From NCBI GenBank assembly GCA_900542265.1, contig UQML01000005.1, positions 29,810-93,809 of the forward strand: a stretch of DNA of 64,000 nucleotides. Reading direction: 5' to 3'. Positions within the stretch are counted from its first letter, which is position 1. Every line of letters begins with the position of its first letter. The notes beneath the pieces are model-generated. The model had not been told where the DNA came from. It made no database searches and saw only the letters and a list, made by a program, of their open reading frames with translations. The stretch comes from an uncultured Eggerthella sp. GTDB lineage: Bacteria > Actinomycetota > Coriobacteriia > Coriobacteriales > Eggerthellaceae. The translations under genes and the position numbers were made by a program. Below are positions 53,053 to 63,058 of the stretch, piece by piece.

Positions 53053-54366
53053 TTAATCCTTTTTCTTAAAACGGAACCGCACGGGTGTGCCCTCCAAATC
53101 AAACTGTTTACGCAAACGATTTTCCAAATAACGTTCAAATGAAGGTTCCACTAATTCGGGATGATTACAGAAGAAGGTAAATTGAGGAGGCTCAGTGCCA
53201 GTCTGTGTAACGTATTTGAGCTTTAATATTTTCTTACCCTTAGTAACCGTATGACCAAAATCTCTTATATCTTGCAACCAGTTATTAAGCTTGCTTGTTG
53301 AGATAGTAGACGAATAAGCGCGATACGCTTTTTCAATCGCATCCCAAATGCGATGTACGTTTTTGCCGGATAAAGCCGAAATTGCAATCACGGGTGCATA
53401 TCCTACAAAAGTTAACCTATCTTCAATACGCTCACGCACATCAGCTTTCGCCTCTGGGCCTTCCACCAAGTCCCATTTATTTAAAACAACCACCATAGCG
53501 CATCCACGCTCGGCAGCCATTCCCGCAACACGCTGATCTTGATCAGTGAGCCCAATCGTTCCATCGATAACCAATAAAACAACATTGGCCCGATCCATTG
53601 CACGCATTGCGCGAACAAAACCGTAATACTCAACATCTTCATCAATTGCTGATTTTTTGCGCAAACCTGCCGTATCGATAATAGTAAATAACTGACCATC
53701 ATGCTCAACGGTGGTATCAATAGCATCACGCGTCGTGCCTGCAACATCAGAAACAATAGAGCGCTCGTCATTCGTAAGTTTATTAGTAAGTGATGATTTG
53801 CCTGCGTTAGGGCGTCCCACAATAGCCACTTCAATAGAATCAAAGAACTCTTCTTCTACCCCATCGTCTTCAGGAAAAAGCGCCACAACCTCGTCGAGCA
53901 AATCACCCGTTCCCGTTCCATGGAGCGCCGAAACAGGCCAAGGATCACCAAGACCCAAGCTCATAAATTCCCACATAGCTGATTCGTCATTGGGGTTATC
54001 CATCTTGTTTACGGCCAGCAAAATAGGCTTGTTTGAACGATGAAGAATACGTGCTACCGCCTCATCATCTGCATTAATCCCCGCAGGCCCATCAACCAAA
54101 AAAACAATTACATCCGCTTCTTCAGTTGCTAAAAGCGCCTGATTGCGAATAGAGGTCTGGAAACGATCAGAGTTCTCCATCTCAATACCGCCGGTATCAA
54201 TGAGAGTAAAATCTCGTCCGTTCCAGTCTGCTTCATGATACGAACGATCACGGGTCACGCCACGCATCTCGTGTACGATAGCTTCATTATTTTGAGCGAT
54301 GCGGTTTACGAGCGTAGATTTGCCTACGTTGGGTCGACCGACAATAGCGAGTATAGGTTTAGCCAT
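53053..54366 (-). CDS. der: GTPase Der (EngA) with two tandem GTP-binding domains.
   Basis: 437 aa with two G1 motifs (GRPNVGKST, GRPNAGKSS) and a KH-like C-terminus. Confidence 0.9.
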   Translation of the reverse strand: MAKPILAIVGRPNVGKSTLVNRIAQNNEAIVHEMRGVTRDRSYHEADWNGRDFTLIDTGGIEMENSDRFQTSIRNQALLATEEADVIVFLVDGPAGINADDEAVARILHRSNKPILLAVNKMDNPNDESAMWEFMSLGLGDPWPVSALHGTGTGDLLDEVVALFPEDDGVEEEFFDSIEVAIVGRPNAGKSSLTNKLTNDERSIVSDVAGTTRDAIDTTVEHDGQLFTIIDTAGLRKKSAIDEDVEYYGFVRAMRAMDRANVVLLVIDGTIGLTDQDQRVAGMAAERGCAMVVVLNKWDLVEGPEAKADVRERIEDRLTFVGYAPVIAISALSGKNVHRIWDAIEKAYRAYSSTISTSKLNNWLQDIRDFGHTVTKGKKILKLKYVTQTGTEPPQFTFFCNHPELVEPSFERYLENRLRKQFDLEGTPVRFRFKKKD

Positions 54367-54459
54367 GATGAATCAACCTTTTTTCCTATAGTGGTATTGA
54401 AATAGCTTTCATAGAATACCACAGCCATCCTCTTTGCTAAGAGTATGCTGGTTCAAGCG

Positions 54460-55320
54460 TTAACTAAGGGTATCGGCAAGTTCATAAAGGTGAGCAAGAC
54501 ATGCCCTAATTTGATTTTCTGGCGTTGATGCACCCGCCGTAACACCCACCTTGGAAATCCCAGTAAACCATTCAGGTTGGATTTCTTGCGCATCTTCAAT
54601 ATGGTAGGCATGATCGCAGTACTCATGACAAAGCTCATACAAGCGCGTCGTATTAGAGGAGTTACGTCCACCGAGCACCAACATCACATCAACTTCTTTA
54701 GCAAGATCAATAGCTGCTTGCTGCCGTTGCTGTGTTGCAAAACAGATAGTGTCTTTCACTTCAGGATCAATACCGCGCGCACGCAAGGCCTCAACGACAG
54801 CTAGAAGCTTTTCGCGTGGCTGCGTAGTCTGGACAACTATGCCTACTGGTTCAACAAGTTCATCAGGAATATCGGCAACAGAACCAACAATAGTACACGC
54901 GCCACCCTGAACAAGTGCGTTTTGCGAAATGCTCTCTACTTCAGGATGACCTGCTTCACCTACCACTAAAACAGTAGAGCCTTTTTGAGCAAGTGATGCA
55001 GCTGCATTTTGAGCACGCATAACATAAGGACACGTTGCATTAATAACTACAAGATCTCGCGATTCAAGATCAGCAAGCACTTGCGGAATAACACCATGAG
55101 AACGAATAACTACCGCATCTTGCGTGATAGCTTCAGGTGTATCAACAACCTCAATCCCCTGATTAGCAAGCTCGTTTACTACGCGAGGATTGTGAATAAG
55201 AGGGCCGAGCGTACAAACGGTTTTATTTGAGCGCGCTGCTTCTTGGGTTAAATCAAGCGCACGCTGTACCCCATAGCAAGCGCCTGCATATTCTGCGGTT
55301 AAAACTTCAAAAGCCGCCAT
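54460..55320 (-). CDS. ispH: 4-hydroxy-3-methylbut-2-enyl diphosphate reductase.
   Basis: 286 aa with conserved Cys (ACYGVQRA...) and the LytB fold pattern. Confidence 0.8.
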   Translation of the reverse strand: MAAFEVLTAEYAGACYGVQRALDLTQEAARSNKTVCTLGPLIHNPRVVNELANQGIEVVDTPEAITQDAVVIRSHGVIPQVLADLESRDLVVINATCPYVMRAQNAAASLAQKGSTVLVVGEAGHPEVESISQNALVQGGACTIVGSVADIPDELVEPVGIVVQTTQPREKLLAVVEALRARGIDPEVKDTICFATQQRQQAAIDLAKEVDVMLVLGGRNSSNTTRLYELCHEYCDHAYHIEDAQEIQPEWFTGISKVGVTAGASTPENQIRACLAHLYELADTLS

Positions 55321-55336
55321 GGGTATGCCTCCTTAT

Positions 55337-56257
55337 TTAAGAATTATCAACAGCATTGGGAAGTGCAGCAACATCCACCCTTGGTATTGTGTGCTCAGCA
55401 AAAAGGGGAGCAAAATCTTTGCTCGCCGGGAAAAATTCTTTCATGTTCACGTCTTCAGGCCTACATTGACGCGATAGAGCAAACGCTTCGCGCAAAACAT
55501 ACCAAGTACAACCGTCTAAACGATCTTCTTTAGGCAAAAAATCAAACGAGGATACCGCAACAGGTTCACCAAAGATAATCGTAATTTTGGGAAAATGAGT
55601 ACGTTGCCCCTTTTCTTTAACTTTATCGATATTAGTAAAGCCCACCGGAATAAGTGGCGCTTTACCCAAACGCGCAATCATAACGGCACCACCATGAAGA
55701 GCAGGATCAACATTGCCTTTGCCACGTCTTGTGCCTTCAGGAAAAATTCCCACTAACTCGCCCCCCTTAAGAAAGCGCGTTGCTCGTTTGATGGCAAGCC
55801 TGTCTGAAGTATTGCGCCGAATAGGAATTGCTCCCACTCGTGCAATAAAAAAGCCCAAAATTCCTCCCGCAACCGTAAACAACGAATCACGAGCAATAAG
55901 GCGACAAAATTGCTGTGGGCGCACTGATTCCCACATCATCACCACGTCCAAATATGAAACATGCGGAGCAACCAACACAGCTCCTGACTGCTTACCCTTA
56001 AACCCATTGACAATGTCTTGGTTTTTGATGGTATAGCGAAAAAGAATCTTGCAAAATGCCCCTACAACGGTTCCCAAAAACCTTGCCCAAAACAAAGGCA
56101 TCTGGGGTTCTTTAGCATGGCCTTGCATTTTCATGTCAAAAAAACGCTCAAACCGATGTTTTTTGAGCATCGAGTTTTGAGGTGCTTTTTTATTGGTCTT
56201 ATCGGACGCAGCTGGGCGTTCAGACGGAGTTTGAGTAGATAAAGATGTTTCAGTCAT
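55337..56257 (-). CDS. plsC: 1-acyl-sn-glycerol-3-phosphate acyltransferase.
   Basis: HxxxxD motif (PHVSYLD) and FPEGTRR. The start is set at ATG 56255-56257 (MTETS); the track ORF starts at an upstream TTG that overlaps cmk by 16 nt. Confidence 0.75.
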   Translation of the reverse strand: MTETSLSTQTPSERPAASDKTNKKAPQNSMLKKHRFERFFDMKMQGHAKEPQMPLFWARFLGTVVGAFCKILFRYTIKNQDIVNGFKGKQSGAVLVAPHVSYLDVVMMWESVRPQQFCRLIARDSLFTVAGGILGFFIARVGAIPIRRNTSDRLAIKRATRFLKGGELVGIFPEGTRRGKGNVDPALHGGAVMIARLGKAPLIPVGFTNIDKVKEKGQRTHFPKITIIFGEPVAVSSFDFLPKEDRLDGCTWYVLREAFALSRQCRPEDVNMKEFFPASKDFAPLFAEHTIPRVDVAALPNAVDNS

Positions 56258-56262
56258 AATGA

Positions 56263-56922
56263 TCAAGCCATTGCGCAAATACGCGCAATAATATCTTCAA
56301 TATAGTGGTTAGTAGAATCAATAACGATAGCATCATCGGGAATAACAAGTGGAGAAGTACTCCGTTTTGAATCAGCCTCATCGCGCCTAATGATATCTTT
56401 AAGCACTTCATCAAAGTCGATTGAGCCAACACCCCTATCGACATTTTGACGAACGCGTCTATGAGCCCGTTCCTCGCTCGATGCGGTCAAAAACACCTTA
56501 AGCTCGGCATCAGGAAATACAACTGAGCCAATATCACGACCCTCAATCACATAATCACCCGATCTACCAATGCGACGCTGTTGATCTGTAAGCGCCTCAC
56601 GTACCGATGGCGTTGCAGACACAGGAGAAACCGCTTTATCAATCTCAGCAGTTCTGATAGCTTGCGTAATATCTACCCCATCCAATAGCACACGCTTTGG
56701 GATAGGATCTCCTGCTTCATGTTCAAAGGTGATCTGATGTGTGCGGGCAAGTTCGCCAAGCGCAGCTTCATCATCAAGTGCTACCCCATCAGTCACAGCA
56801 CGCCAAGCAATAGCGCGATACATGGCACCGGTATCTAAACAAGAAAAATCTAAATTGCGCGCAACCGCCTTTGCAACGGTTGATTTTCCTGCCCCCGAAG
56901 GACCATCAATAGCAATAATCAT
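56263..56922 (-). CDS. cmk: Cytidylate kinase.
   Basis: 219 aa beginning MIIAIDGPSGAGKSTVAK. Confidence 0.9.
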   Translation of the reverse strand: MIIAIDGPSGAGKSTVAKAVARNLDFSCLDTGAMYRAIAWRAVTDGVALDDEAALGELARTHQITFEHEAGDPIPKRVLLDGVDITQAIRTAEIDKAVSPVSATPSVREALTDQQRRIGRSGDYVIEGRDIGSVVFPDAELKVFLTASSEERAHRRVRQNVDRGVGSIDFDEVLKDIIRRDEADSKRSTSPLVIPDDAIVIDSTNHYIEDIIARICAMA

Positions 56923-56983
56923 GCGTATATTACTTTCTTTGTTGTTTGCTGCATTACCCCAATTAATATCAAAGCGATTTACG

Positions 56984-58312
56984 CTAGTCTTGTGCCAACG
57001 CCTGAATACTTTGCAAAAAATCAGGGAAGCTTACTTTAACTGAATCAAAATCATCAATCTCGACCGCAGAGGATCCGCAAAGTCCCACTAGCGCCCATGT
57101 CATAGCAAGACGGTGATCTTTGCGTGAATCAAACACAAGCCCTGTTGGCATTACCAAATCTGGCTGCCCTTCAATATAGAGATCATCATTTTCTGCCCAA
57201 GCGCTCACGCCAAGTTTGGTCAACCCCTCGATAATAGCATCAAGACGGTTAGATTCCTTTTTGGTAAGCTCACTCACGCCTCTAAATACGGTGATTCCAC
57301 GCGCATGCGCTGCAACAAGCGACAATACCGGAATCTCATCAATTTCACTTGCAATATGCTGATGTGGAATCTCACAACCTGTTAGCCCTTGCGTATACGC
57401 AACATGAATTGAACCACTTGACTCACGCCCTTCACTACCGCCATAAGAAAGCGTGATATTGGCACCCATGCGCTCAAGTGTACGCACAAATCCAATACGT
57501 CCAGCGTTAAGGCTAACATTCTCAATGGTGATATCACTACCTGGTTTAAGAAGCGCCGCACATGCAAAGAAAGCAGCAGACGATGGGTCACCGGGAACAA
57601 TAACATCAGAGGCATGCAAGGTAACTGGTCCTGTTACTGAAGCGCGACGGTGAGCAGCTTCTGCATCCACCCCAAACTCAGGAAGCATCAACTCGGTGTG
57701 ATTGCGGCTTGCGGCGGGCTCATCAACCTTCGTTTTTCCTTGAGCGCGAAGCCCTGCAAGCAAAACTGCAGTTTTGAGCTGAGCTGATGCCATAGGAGCT
57801 TCGTAGGTAATAGCTTTAAGCTGGGGATTGCCAGTCTCCGTAACAGGCAGGTTTTCTTGATAATCAGGTTGAAACTTGACGCCCATCTTCATAAGAGGTG
57901 CAATGATGCGCCGCATAGGACGCTTCTTGAGGGAATCGTCACCAGTAATTTCAACAGTGATAGGCCAGGGCGCCAATACACCCATAAGAAGACGTGCTGT
58001 CGTACCAGAGTTACCACAATCGATAGGAGTATCAGGCTGTTTGGGACCCTTATCTCCCCACCCTGTAACAGTTCCAGCTAAAGAGCCGTCAGATTGTACG
58101 GTAAGTTCAACTGTTGCACCGAGTGCCTCAACCGCATCAATTGTGGAGCGCACATCGGCAGAATCTAAAACACCTGATAAGTGCGAAGTGCCTTCTGCCA
58201 TCGCGGCGAACAATACCGCACGATGAGAAATTGATTTATCTCCAGGTACGTGAGCTACGCCCCGCAATGGTGAGGTCAAAGGAGCAATCAGGGTTGCATC
58301 GCTAGTTGTCAT
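56984..58312 (-). CDS. aroA: 3-phosphoshikimate 1-carboxyvinyltransferase (EPSP synthase).
   Basis: EPSPS fold motifs. The start is placed at ATG 58310-58312 (MTTSDATL), which has GGAGGAAGG SD and overlaps the tyrA stop by 11 nt; the track's 30-aa extension is unsupported. Confidence 0.85.
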   Translation of the reverse strand: MTTSDATLIAPLTSPLRGVAHVPGDKSISHRAVLFAAMAEGTSHLSGVLDSADVRSTIDAVEALGATVELTVQSDGSLAGTVTGWGDKGPKQPDTPIDCGNSGTTARLLMGVLAPWPITVEITGDDSLKKRPMRRIIAPLMKMGVKFQPDYQENLPVTETGNPQLKAITYEAPMASAQLKTAVLLAGLRAQGKTKVDEPAASRNHTELMLPEFGVDAEAAHRRASVTGPVTLHASDVIVPGDPSSAAFFACAALLKPGSDITIENVSLNAGRIGFVRTLERMGANITLSYGGSEGRESSGSIHVAYTQGLTGCEIPHQHIASEIDEIPVLSLVAAHARGITVFRGVSELTKKESNRLDAIIEGLTKLGVSAWAENDDLYIEGQPDLVMPTGLVFDSRKDHRLAMTWALVGLCGSSAVEIDDFDSVKVSFPDFLQSIQALAQD

Positions 58313-59474
58313 GACCTTCCTCCTCTGCAAACAAGGGATTAAATGAAATACGATAACCAGCTTTAATGAGAGCTGTTGAGAGCTTTCCAATATCACCTTC
58401 ATCGGTTAACAATAATACTAATTCAGCACTTGATGAGGTGATATGGTCAATTTCGATTGATTGAATATTGCAACCTGCTTGAGACGCAATAGTAGCAACT
58501 TCGGCAACTACACCAGGTTTATCACGCAAAGGTACCCGTACTTCAAGCAAGTCTTCTGTTTTAGGAACCCACTTAGCAGGAAGAGCGCGGCGAGCCACGG
58601 CGGCTTTGTCAAGGAGTGCTGTAAATTCTTGTTTATCTGCACGTTCAAGCGTGTCAGAAAACTCAGCTAAGATAGTTTGCATTTCTTTAAGTCCAGCAAT
58701 AATAGCATCTGCATTATCAAAGGCAATGCCTGTCCACAATGCAGGAGAACCTGCTGCAATGCGAGTCGAATCTTTAAAACCACCCGCTGCTAATCTAAAG
58801 AGTGCTTCTTGTTCATCAGCATGGCGAACCGCCAGCTGCACCAATGAGGAAGCCACAAAATGCGGTACATGGCTTACGATTGCAACAATATCATCGTGAT
58901 TTTCCCGAGGAAGAGAGACCACACGAGCACCCAAAGAAGTCAGTATGTCATGAAGCGTGGCATATATTGCAGCAGGAGTTGACTCATCAGGACATAATAC
59001 CCAGTGAGCCCCCTCAAACAAATCTATGCGCGAGCCCTCAATGCCACTCTTTTCCGATCCCGCCATCGGATGTCCAGGAACATAATGATCGGGATTGGGC
59101 AGCACTGAAACCGCTTGAGCCGACACAATCTTTTTAGTTGAACAAGTATCCGTGATGATTCCAGGATAATTAAGCGCTGCCAAACGTTCAAACCAGATAT
59201 GAGCAACCGGAACAGGTGTTGCAATCATAATGATGGAGCATTTCATCAAAGCTTCATCAAGGCCTGATTGTTCAGGCGTAAAACCCTCTGTAATCCAACC
59301 TTTTTCGAGCGCAGTGTTCACTGCCGCTTGGTCAATATCAACACCAACGATATATACATCCGGATAAGCGCGACGATAAGCACCAGCAAACGAGGCCCCA
59401 ATCATGCCAAGCCCAATAATTGCTACTGACTCATGCTGCTTACCCATAGTTACAAACGTCTCCCTTACTCTCAT
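58302..59474 (-). CDS. tyrA: Prephenate dehydrogenase with a C-terminal ACT domain.
   Basis: 390 aa with a Rossmann IIGLGMIGASFA and an ACT-like C-terminus. Confidence 0.85.
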   Translation of the reverse strand: MRVRETFVTMGKQHESVAIIGLGMIGASFAGAYRRAYPDVYIVGVDIDQAAVNTALEKGWITEGFTPEQSGLDEALMKCSIIMIATPVPVAHIWFERLAALNYPGIITDTCSTKKIVSAQAVSVLPNPDHYVPGHPMAGSEKSGIEGSRIDLFEGAHWVLCPDESTPAAIYATLHDILTSLGARVVSLPRENHDDIVAIVSHVPHFVASSLVQLAVRHADEQEALFRLAAGGFKDSTRIAAGSPALWTGIAFDNADAIIAGLKEMQTILAEFSDTLERADKQEFTALLDKAAVARRALPAKWVPKTEDLLEVRVPLRDKPGVVAEVATIASQAGCNIQSIEIDHITSSSAELVLLLTDEGDIGKLSTALIKAGYRISFNPLFAEEEGHDN

Positions 59475-59513
59475 TATAGTGTGTATTTGATTCTAACACG
59501 GTTGCCCGTGTGC

Positions 59514-60260
59514 TTATCTATCAGACAAGACAGAAGTAGTGAGCTTCTTTATCTCATCGTATTGAAGTTCACGCCATCGTCCTTCTTCAAGCGCTTCAAG
59601 CGCGAGCGGTCCAAATGACACTCGTTTAAGCTCCTTTACGGGATGTCCAATCGCCTGCATCATGCGCTTTACCTGCCGTTTGCGCCCCTCATGAATGGTA
59701 AGCTCCACCCAAGATGTCTGCGTCTTAGGATCATACGAGACAAAGCGTGCAACCGCAGGTGCAGTTAACCCATCGTCAAGCTCAATCCCTGTTTCTAACC
59801 GGTACAGCTTATGCTTTGAAACGCGTCCTGCTACCCGAGCATGGTAGGTTTTATCAACGTGATATGAAGGATGAAGAAGGGTATTGCCAAGCGTTCCGTC
59901 GGTTGTAAAAAGCAAAAGTCCCCGCGTATCCTGATCAAGTCTCCCGATAGGAAAAAGCCCTGGGTAGCGCTCAAGTGGTAGTAAATCTGCCACCGTCTTG
60001 CGTCCGTGCGGATCTGACATAGTAGTCACATAACCCGAAGGCTTGTTAAGCATCAGCACAACGTGATTGTCTTTGGGCAAGGCGATAGGGCTGCCATTCA
60101 CCATAACTTCATCGTGATCAGGATCAATCTGGCAGGCAAGATCAGTTACCACTTCCCCGTTGACCATCACTGCGCCTGACGTAATAAACGTTTCACTTGC
60201 TCTGCGGCTCGCCACTCCTGAGCGCGCTAAAAACTTATTAATACGCATTAGTTCTGCCAT
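59514..60260 (-). CDS. rluB: Pseudouridine synthase (RsuA/RluB family) with an N-terminal S4 domain.
   Basis: 248 aa with S4 (INKFLARSGVASRRASE) and catalytic GRLDQDTRGLLLFTTDG. Confidence 0.8.
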   Translation of the reverse strand: MAELMRINKFLARSGVASRRASETFITSGAVMVNGEVVTDLACQIDPDHDEVMVNGSPIALPKDNHVVLMLNKPSGYVTTMSDPHGRKTVADLLPLERYPGLFPIGRLDQDTRGLLLFTTDGTLGNTLLHPSYHVDKTYHARVAGRVSKHKLYRLETGIELDDGLTAPAVARFVSYDPKTQTSWVELTIHEGRKRQVKRMMQAIGHPVKELKRVSFGPLALEALEEGRWRELQYDEIKKLTTSVLSDR

Positions 60261-60263
60261 AGC

Positions 60264-61061
60264 TTAGTCATCTTCATCAAACTCAAGCTGCGAAAAATCA
60301 ATTTTATCGACAACGCTAGCTGCTTGACCAAGCGCCTCATCTAAAAGCATCTGCATAGCATCAGCAACCTGGACATCCCCTTCGTCAATGATTTCAAAGG
60401 TTGCTTCGCCTTCATTATCCTCAAGCGCTGCGATAGTCGCTGCGTCTGCTGTGACTACATTGAGGCGTTCCGCAATAAAAGCACGTGTCTCATCATCGGG
60501 CGCAAATGATTCCAAATCAGGCAAGTCCGCCAATGAGCGTAAGCCAAAACGCTCTAAGAAAGTTTTAGTGGTGGCATACACCGTCGGATTACCGGGGCTA
60601 TCTTGCACGCCTGCTTCACGCAACAATCCCTTCTCCACCAAAGAATTGATAGAACTATCAGAGTTAACACCACGCACCGATGCCACCCCATTGCGCGTAA
60701 TAGGCTGACAATACGCCACAACCGCAAGGGTTTCTAAAGCGGCTTGGGAAAGTTTGCGAGTATCCCACGAGACGACGTAACGCTCGATTAGATCATGGTA
60801 TTGGGGGTGGGTAGTCAAACGCCATCCACCTGCAACTTCACGCAATTGTATGCCGCTATTAGTATGCAAAAGCGTTTCAGAAAGGCACTCAAGGGCTGCT
60901 TGCACCGAAACTACATCAACGCCCAACATATCAGCAAGCGTCACCACGCTAACCGGCTCATCGGTCACAAACAAAAGCGCCTCAGCGGCATGTGCGATAT
61001 CATCCCGTGTTGGTTCAGTTCCACCCGTCCAATCAAGGGCATTGATAGATTCATCCATCAC
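60264..61061 (-). CDS. scpB: Segregation and condensation protein B, with an acidic C-terminal tail.
   Basis: 265 aa with the ScpB winged-helix pattern (AALEALLF..DEPVS...LAVVAYCQPITR). Confidence 0.85.
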   Translation of the reverse strand: MMDESINALDWTGGTEPTRDDIAHAAEALLFVTDEPVSVVTLADMLGVDVVSVQAALECLSETLLHTNSGIQLREVAGGWRLTTHPQYHDLIERYVVSWDTRKLSQAALETLAVVAYCQPITRNGVASVRGVNSDSSINSLVEKGLLREAGVQDSPGNPTVYATTKTFLERFGLRSLADLPDLESFAPDDETRAFIAERLNVVTADAATIAALEDNEGEATFEIIDEGDVQVADAMQMLLDEALGQAASVVDKIDFSQLEFDEDD

Positions 61062-61072
61062 AACTACTCTCC

Positions 61073-61852
61073 CTAATCTTTCTGAGCACCAACCGGTGAA
61101 ATTACGATATCACCAAACAAATGATCTTGTTCCACATCAACTTCTGAACGCTTAAAAAGCTCCAAAATAGCCAGAAACGTTACTACAATTAATCGCGGAT
61201 CATCTTCCGTTGAAATCAGGTCAGAAAACCGTACCGTCACACCACGCTTTATGAGATCATCAATCTCTTGGATGCGCGTCTCAAGTGGAATTATCTTTGC
61301 CGCAATATGCTCTGACTCAAGCAAGAACACATCGCGGCGCGCAAGACAATTGGCCAGCAATTGTCCTAACTTATCAAGGCTTACTCCTCGTAAATAATCA
61401 GGCATAAGAGAAAGCATTGAGCGATCAGGTCCAAAGGGTCGCACGTGTATTTTTTGTTCCGCAATGAGACGATTCTCTAAAGCGCGTGCGGCATTCTTAA
61501 ACTTCTTGTATTCAAGCAATTGCTCAACAAGGACATCACGCATTTCATACGGAGAAAGTTCATCCTCATCATGCTCATCAACTGTTGCATCCTGAGGAAT
61601 CAAGCTGGCTGCCTTAAGCTCAAGAAGCGTTGCTGCAACCACAAGAAAATCACTCGCAACGTCTAAATCAACTTCATGCATACGCTCGACTTCAGCTAAA
61701 TATTGATCCGTTATCTCAGTAATAGCAATCTTGCCGATATCTACCTTTTGTTTACTAACCAAATAGAGCAAAAGGTCAAAAGGGCCTTCAAAACTCTCTA
61801 TACGAACTCGATATGCCATATACGCGCCAGCTGCTCTCTTTCTGGAGGACAA
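61073..61852 (-). CDS. scpA: Segregation and condensation protein A.
   Basis: 259 aa beginning FEGPFDLLLYLV. Confidence 0.85.
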   Translation of the reverse strand: MSSRKRAAGAYMAYRVRIESFEGPFDLLLYLVSKQKVDIGKIAITEITDQYLAEVERMHEVDLDVASDFLVVAATLLELKAASLIPQDATVDEHDEDELSPYEMRDVLVEQLLEYKKFKNAARALENRLIAEQKIHVRPFGPDRSMLSLMPDYLRGVSLDKLGQLLANCLARRDVFLLESEHIAAKIIPLETRIQEIDDLIKRGVTVRFSDLISTEDDPRLIVVTFLAILELFKRSEVDVEQDHLFGDIVISPVGAQKD

Positions 61853-61865
61853 GTATGTGTAAGCA

Positions 61866-62531
61866 TTATGGAATCAACAACGTCGCCAGATTACCTGCCG
61901 TAACGTTTAAATACATACTAATCAAGTTTACGTGAATCAAATAAGGCAATACAAATATCACGATCAAGAAAACAGGTAAAGCGTATTGCTGGATGCGATA
62001 GTATTGCGGCAGATATTTCTCAGGCAAAAGAAAAGCAAAAATAGATGAGCCATCAAGCGGTGGAATGGGCAGTAAGTTAAAGAACATGAGATAGAGATTT
62101 ACCATGATAAAAATGGGTAAAAAGACACCATAAAAATAAATGAAAATCTCTGGCGCAGTATTAGTATACATACTCTGCAAACCATACATCAATGCCGATC
62201 CCACGAGAGCTAAAACAAGGTTTCCGCTCGGACCTGCTAAACCGACAAGTAAATCATCTCGCCGTGGATTTTTAAAATTGGCAGGATTATAAGGCACAGG
62301 TTTTGCATAACCAAAAACCGGTCCACCCATAATAATAAGCAACAAAGGCAAAACTACCGTACCAAACGGATCAATATGTTTAAGAGGATTAAACGAAAGC
62401 CGTCCTTGAGCTTTTGCGGTATTATCCCCTAGTTTCCAGGCAGCCCAGCCATGCATAAACTCATGAAAGACAATGGCTGGAATAAAAGCCAACACATTGC
62501 ATATCATTATGATAATTTGAATTTCACTCAT
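61866..62531 (-). CDS. M50-family (site-2 protease-like) membrane zinc metalloprotease.
   Basis: 221 aa with HEFMHGWAA (HExxH), and polytopic. Its ATG overlaps the trmL stop as ATGA. Confidence 0.75.
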   Translation of the reverse strand: MSEIQIIIMICNVLAFIPAIVFHEFMHGWAAWKLGDNTAKAQGRLSFNPLKHIDPFGTVVLPLLLIIMGGPVFGYAKPVPYNPANFKNPRRDDLLVGLAGPSGNLVLALVGSALMYGLQSMYTNTAPEIFIYFYGVFLPIFIMVNLYLMFFNLLPIPPLDGSSIFAFLLPEKYLPQYYRIQQYALPVFLIVIFVLPYLIHVNLISMYLNVTAGNLATLLIP

Positions 62532-63058
62532 AGTTGATCAGTATAGCAAGAACAGAGATCGTAAAAACCATTTGCTCGCAATACCTCATAAACTCCAATA
62601 GCAACGGAATTGGAAAGGTTTAATGAGCGTTTATTGGTCTTCATTGGAATACGAACACAGTGATCTGCGTACTGGTCAAGTATTTCTTGATCTATCCCCC
62701 GCGATTCCCGACCAAAGATTAAATACACTTCTCCAGTTAAAGGTTTGTCATAAAGACTATGATCCGTTTGACCGGTAAAAAATACAAGGTGATCATTTTG
62801 ATGAGCATCAAGAAATTCCTTTGTTGAACCCCAGCGGTGCAGCACCACATCATCCCAATAATCCATTCCCGATCTACGAATATTACGCTGCGTCAGATGA
62901 AATCCCATCGGCTCCACTAAATGCAGTTCCGCTCCCGTACAAGCGCACGTGCGCGCAATATTGCCCGTATTTTGAGGAATCTCTGGCTCAAAGAGTACAA
63001 CGTGTATAGGAGGAAAATCACTCGTTTTATTGTGCATATTTTTTAGTCTCATTCTCAA
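62528..63058 (-). CDS. trmL: tRNA (cytidine/uridine-2'-O-)-methyltransferase TrmL (SpoU/TrmH family).
   Basis: 176 aa with [15 protein letters not shown] and a SpoU knot. The start may be one of several near-N-terminal Met codons, all of which overlap the ABC-F 3' end. Confidence 0.8.
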   Translation of the reverse strand: MRMRLKNMHNKTSDFPPIHVVLFEPEIPQNTGNIARTCACTGAELHLVEPMGFHLTQRNIRRSGMDYWDDVVLHRWGSTKEFLDAHQNDHLVFFTGQTDHSLYDKPLTGEVYLIFGRESRGIDQEILDQYADHCVRIPMKTNKRSLNLSNSVAIGVYEVLRANGFYDLCSCYTDQL

